Shown here one piece after another: positions 59,935-64,000 of a stretch of 64,000 nucleotides of DNA. Both the position numbers and the translations under genes were made by a program. Position 1 is the first letter of the stretch. Each line of letters begins with the position of its first letter. Where the stretch lies: positions 480,001 through 544,000 of the forward strand of contig OY730476.1 in the NCBI GenBank assembly GCA_963422735.1, given 5' to 3'. A model generated the notes under the pieces. The model ran no database searches and had not been told where the DNA came from. It worked only from the letters and a program-made list of their open reading frames with translations. The stretch is from Candidatus Latescibacterota bacterium (GTDB lineage: Bacteria; Latescibacterota; UBA2968; UBA8231).

Positions 59935-60741
59935 TCAACACAGTGCATAGGCGAGACCGATTCCCACGAGGAGGGATGCGATGAGCTTGCCGCGATCGTG
60001 GTTGTGGAAATGGATCTCCGGCAGCAGGTCGCTCAAGGCAATGCACAGGAACGCACCCGCCGCAAAGGACAGCACATAGCCGACTATGGCCCCTTCTTTC
60101 GGGCCAAGCAATTCCACCCCCCCAAAGCTCGCTAGTGCCACCAAAGGGCACAGCATGGCAAATCCGACATTGGCCGCTGTCCGGGCGCGCTGGCTGTGCC
60201 CGGCGGACCTCATCATGCCGATAATGGAGTACGCATCGAGCGGCTTGTGCAGCAGAATGGCGAGGAATACCCCTAGGCCTGCCAATGCGACTTCGTCTTC
60301 ATGCGGCGGCCCCAACTTCATGCTAGTGCCCAGAGCGATCCCTTCGGTCGCGGTATGTACCCCTAGGCCGAGAGCAACGCCGAACAAACTCCGAGAATGG
60401 ACGCCACCGCGGCCGTGGTGATCGTACAGATCGCTCGTCTCGCTGCTGAAGTCATGCTGGTGAAAGTGAAAGATACGCAGCAAGAAAATCATCAGGACCA
60501 TGCCGAAGGCCATCCATCCCACGGTTTTTTTTACCATGTCAGGTCCGGAAATGCGCTCGAGACTGTGGGGTAGAAGGTGAAACATGGCGGTGCCGAGGAT
60601 GAAGCCGGCCACAAGACTCATCACGATCTGAGTACGCACGTGTGTCATGGTACCTAAGGCCGCCAGCTTCCCGCCGAGAAGAGAAGCGACAAAGATAGCG
60701 GCTGAGTACGCCGACAAGACCAGTAGAGCGTTTGAATCCAC
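59935..60741 (-). CDS. ZIP family metal (Zn) transporter
   Basis: FHLLPHS, His-rich loop, GVHTATEG, LLHKPLD, SDLLPEIHFHNH. Confidence 0.9.
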   Translation of the reverse strand: MDSNALLVLSAYSAAIFVASLLGGKLAALGTMTHVRTQIVMSLVAGFILGTAMFHLLPHSLERISGPDMVKKTVGWMAFGMVLMIFLLRIFHFHQHDFSSETSDLYDHHGRGGVHSRSLFGVALGLGVHTATEGIALGTSMKLGPPHEDEVALAGLGVFLAILLHKPLDAYSIIGMMRSAGHSQRARTAANVGFAMLCPLVALASFGGVELLGPKEGAIVGYVLSFAAGAFLCIALSDLLPEIHFHNHDRGKLIASLLVGIGLAYALC

Positions 60742-60797
60742 GATGGCTAGAAGCAGTCTTTGAAACCCTCAGTGCCCTGGCGAGAAACGACTGAGGA

Positions 60798-62090
60798 TTA
60801 GGTATCCCCACACCGGTCGCCAGTGCTGGACCGGAAACGGGTATTGAGCAACAGATCCTCGTAGCCGCGGCGCAGGGCACCGGCCCGGAAGCGCCAGACG
60901 ATCAGGGCGATGAGGAGCAAAGCACTTCCCCATTGCAGGAGTCGAATGGCCGGCGAATGGGAGGCGTCGAGGTTCACGGAGATCGTCAGACCAGCGGTCA
61001 GAAGCAGCGCGTCGATGGCAAGGCCGAGGACGACCGTAACCGCGATGACCGCGGCGACGTAGATGGATGCGAAGCGGGTGCCGAACTGGCTGACGATGAT
61101 CGCTATTGTGCCCGTATTGGTGGCCGGTCCGGTCATGAGAAAAATCAGCACCGCGCCGGGGCTGACTCCCTTGGCAACCAGTGCGGCGGCGATCGGGGTA
61201 CTGGCGGATGCGCAGATATAGAGGGGAATGCCGACCAGCACCATGACCGGATAGGACAGCCAGCGGGCATATTCGTGCGACATCAGGTCGCTCGGAATCG
61301 CCAGAAAGAGCATCCCTCCTAGGGTGACCCCCACCAGCAGCGCAAAGAGAATATCGTCCGCTATCTCAACGAAGCCGTAGCGAAAGATGTGCTTGACCAG
61401 TTTCTTGAAGTCCAAACCGTCGCCCGAAGGAGGATCGCCGGCGGAGGGTCTGCCAGCAAAATCCGGTTTTACCCAAGGACCTAATCGCCACCTGCTGGCT
61501 GCTTGGGCAATCTCCTGCAACCAGTTGACCAGTAATACCTTGAGTTGAGAGGGGCTGACGTAGCAATCATCCCTGTCGGCTACGAGGGATTGGTGCGATC
61601 CATGATCGTGGTCACAGTCGTGGCAATGATCGCGATTGCTCTCCTTAGCTTCGTTGCGGCCGTCTCTTATGAGGCCGATGCAAAAGATCCCGGCGACGAC
61701 TGCGGTAATGAAGCTGATGACGGGCCGAACGATGGCCGCGACGGAGCCGAAGAAGGCATTGGTGACCAAAATCGAGTCCGCACCTGTCTCCGGCGCGGTT
61801 ATCAGGAAGGACATGCAGGATGAACGGGACGCCCCCTTCCGGCGCATCTCAGCGACTACCGGCACGACCGAACAACTGCACAGCGGCACGGGTACGCCGA
61901 TGGCCGAACTCGTGGTTACGGATTTCAGGCTGTCGTCGCGGAGCCAGCGGAGTATGGCCTGACGGGAGATGAACACATGGATCAGGCCGGAGAGGAACAG
62001 CCCCAGCAACAGCATGGGTGCTAGCAGCAGGAAGGAGGACCAGAGGAAGTCGAAAAAACGGGTCAATATCCCCAGAAATTCAAAGGTCAT
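60798..62090 (-). CDS. SO_0444/ArsP-like (DUF318) heavy-metal permease
   Basis: GVPVPLCSCSVVP, DHCHDCDHDHGSH, PLYICASASTPIA, LMTGPATN. Confidence 0.88.
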   Translation of the reverse strand: MTFEFLGILTRFFDFLWSSFLLLAPMLLLGLFLSGLIHVFISRQAILRWLRDDSLKSVTTSSAIGVPVPLCSCSVVPVVAEMRRKGASRSSCMSFLITAPETGADSILVTNAFFGSVAAIVRPVISFITAVVAGIFCIGLIRDGRNEAKESNRDHCHDCDHDHGSHQSLVADRDDCYVSPSQLKVLLVNWLQEIAQAASRWRLGPWVKPDFAGRPSAGDPPSGDGLDFKKLVKHIFRYGFVEIADDILFALLVGVTLGGMLFLAIPSDLMSHEYARWLSYPVMVLVGIPLYICASASTPIAAALVAKGVSPGAVLIFLMTGPATNTGTIAIIVSQFGTRFASIYVAAVIAVTVVLGLAIDALLLTAGLTISVNLDASHSPAIRLLQWGSALLLIALIVWRFRAGALRRGYEDLLLNTRFRSSTGDRCGDT

Positions 62091-62297
62091 TCAACAGCCT
62101 CTTGGGCATTGCATTGGAATAAGGCAACGAGACTCTATAGCGGGATGTTCCTCAAAGCCTAGCAGACGATGTTGGACTGCTTATGATAAGAAAGTAGGCC
62201 TTGCCTAGAAAGAGTAAGCCCTCAATGGGGTATCACCCAAGCACCTCTAGGGGTTGAAGTTGCGTTTTTTCTTCTAGACCACTAAAATAAAAAGGTC

Positions 62298-62612
62298 ATG
62301 CTAACGCGCAAAACGGACATCCCGACGCGCTCGGCGCCTTCGCTGGTTCTGCTGGTGCTGCTGGTGCTGTTGGCGGCTATAATCGGCGGCCTACCCTTCA
62401 GCCACCAGCTTTTCCACGAGAGCCTCATCGAGCCTGAGCACTGTTCGGCCTGCCTGTTACAGAGCGTCCTATCGCTCCTTTTGGGGGCCTTGGCACTCGT
62501 GCTCGTGGCGCTGAATGCCTCTGAGCCAAGCCCGTCCGTTCTGCACGCAGTGCCCCTGTTCCTTTTTAACCCTCGCTTTACCCATCTCAACCGAGGCCCG
62601 CCCCGGTGCTAA
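62298..62612 (+). CDS. DUF2946-like leader protein (CxxC and C-terminal RGPP)
   Basis: TM helix, HQLFH...HCSAC, terminal NRGPP; upstream of lipoprotein and TonB receptor. Confidence 0.7.
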   Translation: MLTRKTDIPTRSAPSLVLLVLLVLLAAIIGGLPFSHQLFHESLIEPEHCSACLLQSVLSLLLGALALVLVALNASEPSPSVLHAVPLFLFNPRFTHLNRGPPRC

Positions 62613-62761
62613 TACATCCACGCTTGTAAACCGCTCGAATCGAGTGCGTGGGTGCCCCTCTCCATATCCATTATCCATTTCGCATACCATTGAATTCCCG
62701 TCCTGCGCTCAACCTCCCAGGAGAGTGCGCGTGGACGGCCAAACCCTTGGAGACTAGCACC

Positions 62762-63232
62762 ATGCTTAAAAGCATATCCGCGTTGAGCATCTTTGCCCTT
62801 GCCCTCTTTATTGCTGGCTGCGGCGACGACGACAACCCCGTCGATACGCACGAAGAAGAACACGCCGAGGCCGTCGGCTTAATCGTGCTCGATAGCGGCA
62901 GCGAAATTGTCCGCGTTGAAAGTGATCAGGTGACCGGCGAGATCGAGGTCGGCCACGGCAGGGAAACCGCCCTGCTATCTGTGCGCTTTATTGCCGAAGA
63001 TGGCGACCTCTTCACCCCGGACGAAGGCGATGGCTTTGCCCTCGATTGGGAAATTGCCGATGAGGGCATCGCCGAAGTCGAGCATCACGCCGAGGACGGT
63101 GCTTGGGCTTTTCACATCATCGGCTTGGAGGAAGGCCAGACCACCATCCGCATCAAAATAAACCATGGAGGCCACGCCGATTTCGTCTCGCCAGAGATCG
63201 AGATCCACGTCGAGGAGGAGTCGAGCGGTTGA
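62762..63232 (+). CDS. Acidic His-containing lipoprotein, putative metal-binding
   Basis: IAGC lipobox, THEEEHAE, NHGGHADF. Confidence 0.75.
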   Translation: MLKSISALSIFALALFIAGCGDDDNPVDTHEEEHAEAVGLIVLDSGSEIVRVESDQVTGEIEVGHGRETALLSVRFIAEDGDLFTPDEGDGFALDWEIADEGIAEVEHHAEDGAWAFHIIGLEEGQTTIRIKINHGGHADFVSPEIEIHVEEESSG

Positions 63233-64000
63233 CATCGTGCTGCACTGAATGTACTGCTACTGAGCTGCAGCCACGCTCCCAAGGGCCGAGCGGTTTGATT
63301 CTCTGCTCAGCCTGCCTCTTCCTCCTCGGCCTCGGCTTGGCAGCAGGTCCCGCTTGGGGCAGCCAAACCGGTGCTTTGGCCGGCCACGTGATCGACGCCA
63401 AAAGCGGCCAACCCGTCGGCTGGACTACCATCGTGATCAAAGGGCTCGAACGGGCGCGGATTAGCGACGCCGGGGGGTACTTCTTCTTTGCCAACGTACC
63501 CCCCGGTGCGCACGTTTTGCAAAGCTTACACGTCGGCTACCACGAGGCTCGCTTTGAGGTCGAGGTCGTCGCCGGGGATACCACCCATATCGATCTGGCT
63601 ATCGGCCACGAGGCTCTGCACGTAGAGACCATCGTGGTCGAAGGCGAGACGGAGTCAGCACTAGCACCGCTACAGGAGCCTGAAGTCGTCTTCAGCGGTA
63701 GCAAGTTGCGCCAAAATTTGAGCCGCACCATCGCCGAGACTATTGACCACGAGCCGGGCATTGCCCAGCGCTCGATGGGGCCAGCACCCGCGCGTCCGGT
63801 GCTGCGCGGGCTGGGCGGCGACCGCTTGCTGATGCTCGAAGACGGCGAGCGCACCGGCGATTTGTCCGGCACCTCCTCGGATCACGCAGTGGCCATTGAG
63901 CCGATGACCACCGAGCGCATTGAGGTCGTGCGCGGCCCCCGCACCTTGATCTACGGCTCCAATGCCTTGGCCGGGGTCGTCAATGTGGTGCGCGGGTCTG
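63229..64000 (+). CDS. TonB-dependent receptor with carboxypeptidase-regulatory-like N-domain (ZnuD-like); 3' truncated by window edge
   Basis: Open frame from TTG overlapping the lipoprotein stop; ARPVLRGLGGDR, SSDHAVAIEP, IEVVRGPRTLIYGSNALAGVVNV plug motifs. Confidence 0.88.
   Translation, partial: MTSCCTECTATELQPRSQGPSGLILCSACLFLLGLGLAAGPAWGSQTGALAGHVIDAKSGQPVGWTTIVIKGLERARISDAGGYFFFANVPPGAHVLQSLHVGYHEARFEVEVVAGDTTHIDLAIGHEALHVETIVVEGETESALAPLQEPEVVFSGSKLRQNLSRTIAETIDHEPGIAQRSMGPAPARPVLRGLGGDRLLMLEDGERTGDLSGTSSDHAVAIEPMTTERIEVVRGPRTLIYGSNALAGVVNVVRGS

Noticed and set aside
62091-62297. Zur/Fur box between the divergent metal genes
   Set aside because: No convincing palindrome found by eye.
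515-63885. Numerous antisense and alternate-frame ORFs of 60-260 aa
   Set aside because: Shadow ORFs expected in GC-rich DNA; they overlap well-supported genes and have Arg/Pro/Ala-biased, motif-free translations.

Overview
A GC-rich bacterial chromosome segment, probably from an FCB-group or Latescibacterota-like host-associated organism. This taxonomy is inferred from a T9SS/FlgD-type tail remnant and a PDDEXK_9 AAA-ATPase, not proven. Core genes are recG, lysC, qor, an S1-domain protein, trpBA, glgC, ispG, rbsK, a fused indolepyruvate:ferredoxin oxidoreductase and several sugar or acid oxidoreductases. There is a complete Pho locus (porin-pstSCAB-phoUBR) with 11-bp-periodic Pho boxes, and a Zn/Cu-homeostasis cluster at the right end. 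The most striking element is a stand-alone two-gene operon with its own sigma70 promoter: MurG fused to a HEAT-repeat domain, followed by a divergent MraY with an altered uridine pocket. Three other patterns stand out. (i) Many gaps between core genes hold spliced fragments of defence and toxin-antitoxin genes (Cas6, DUF1156, TrlF/Ppl, AlbA_2, DUF262-HEPN, SfiI-like REase, DrmB, HicA, DUF2442). (ii) There is a pervasive CCWGG->CCAAG/CTTGG/CCTAG/CTAGG signature consistent with unrepaired 5mC deamination. (iii) A CxxC/RGPP leader ORF precedes a TonB-dependent receptor. No rRNA, tRNA, CRISPR array, transposase or integrase was seen. Some homopolymer frameshifts may be sequencing errors. All family calls come from motif recognition by eye; no database searches were run.
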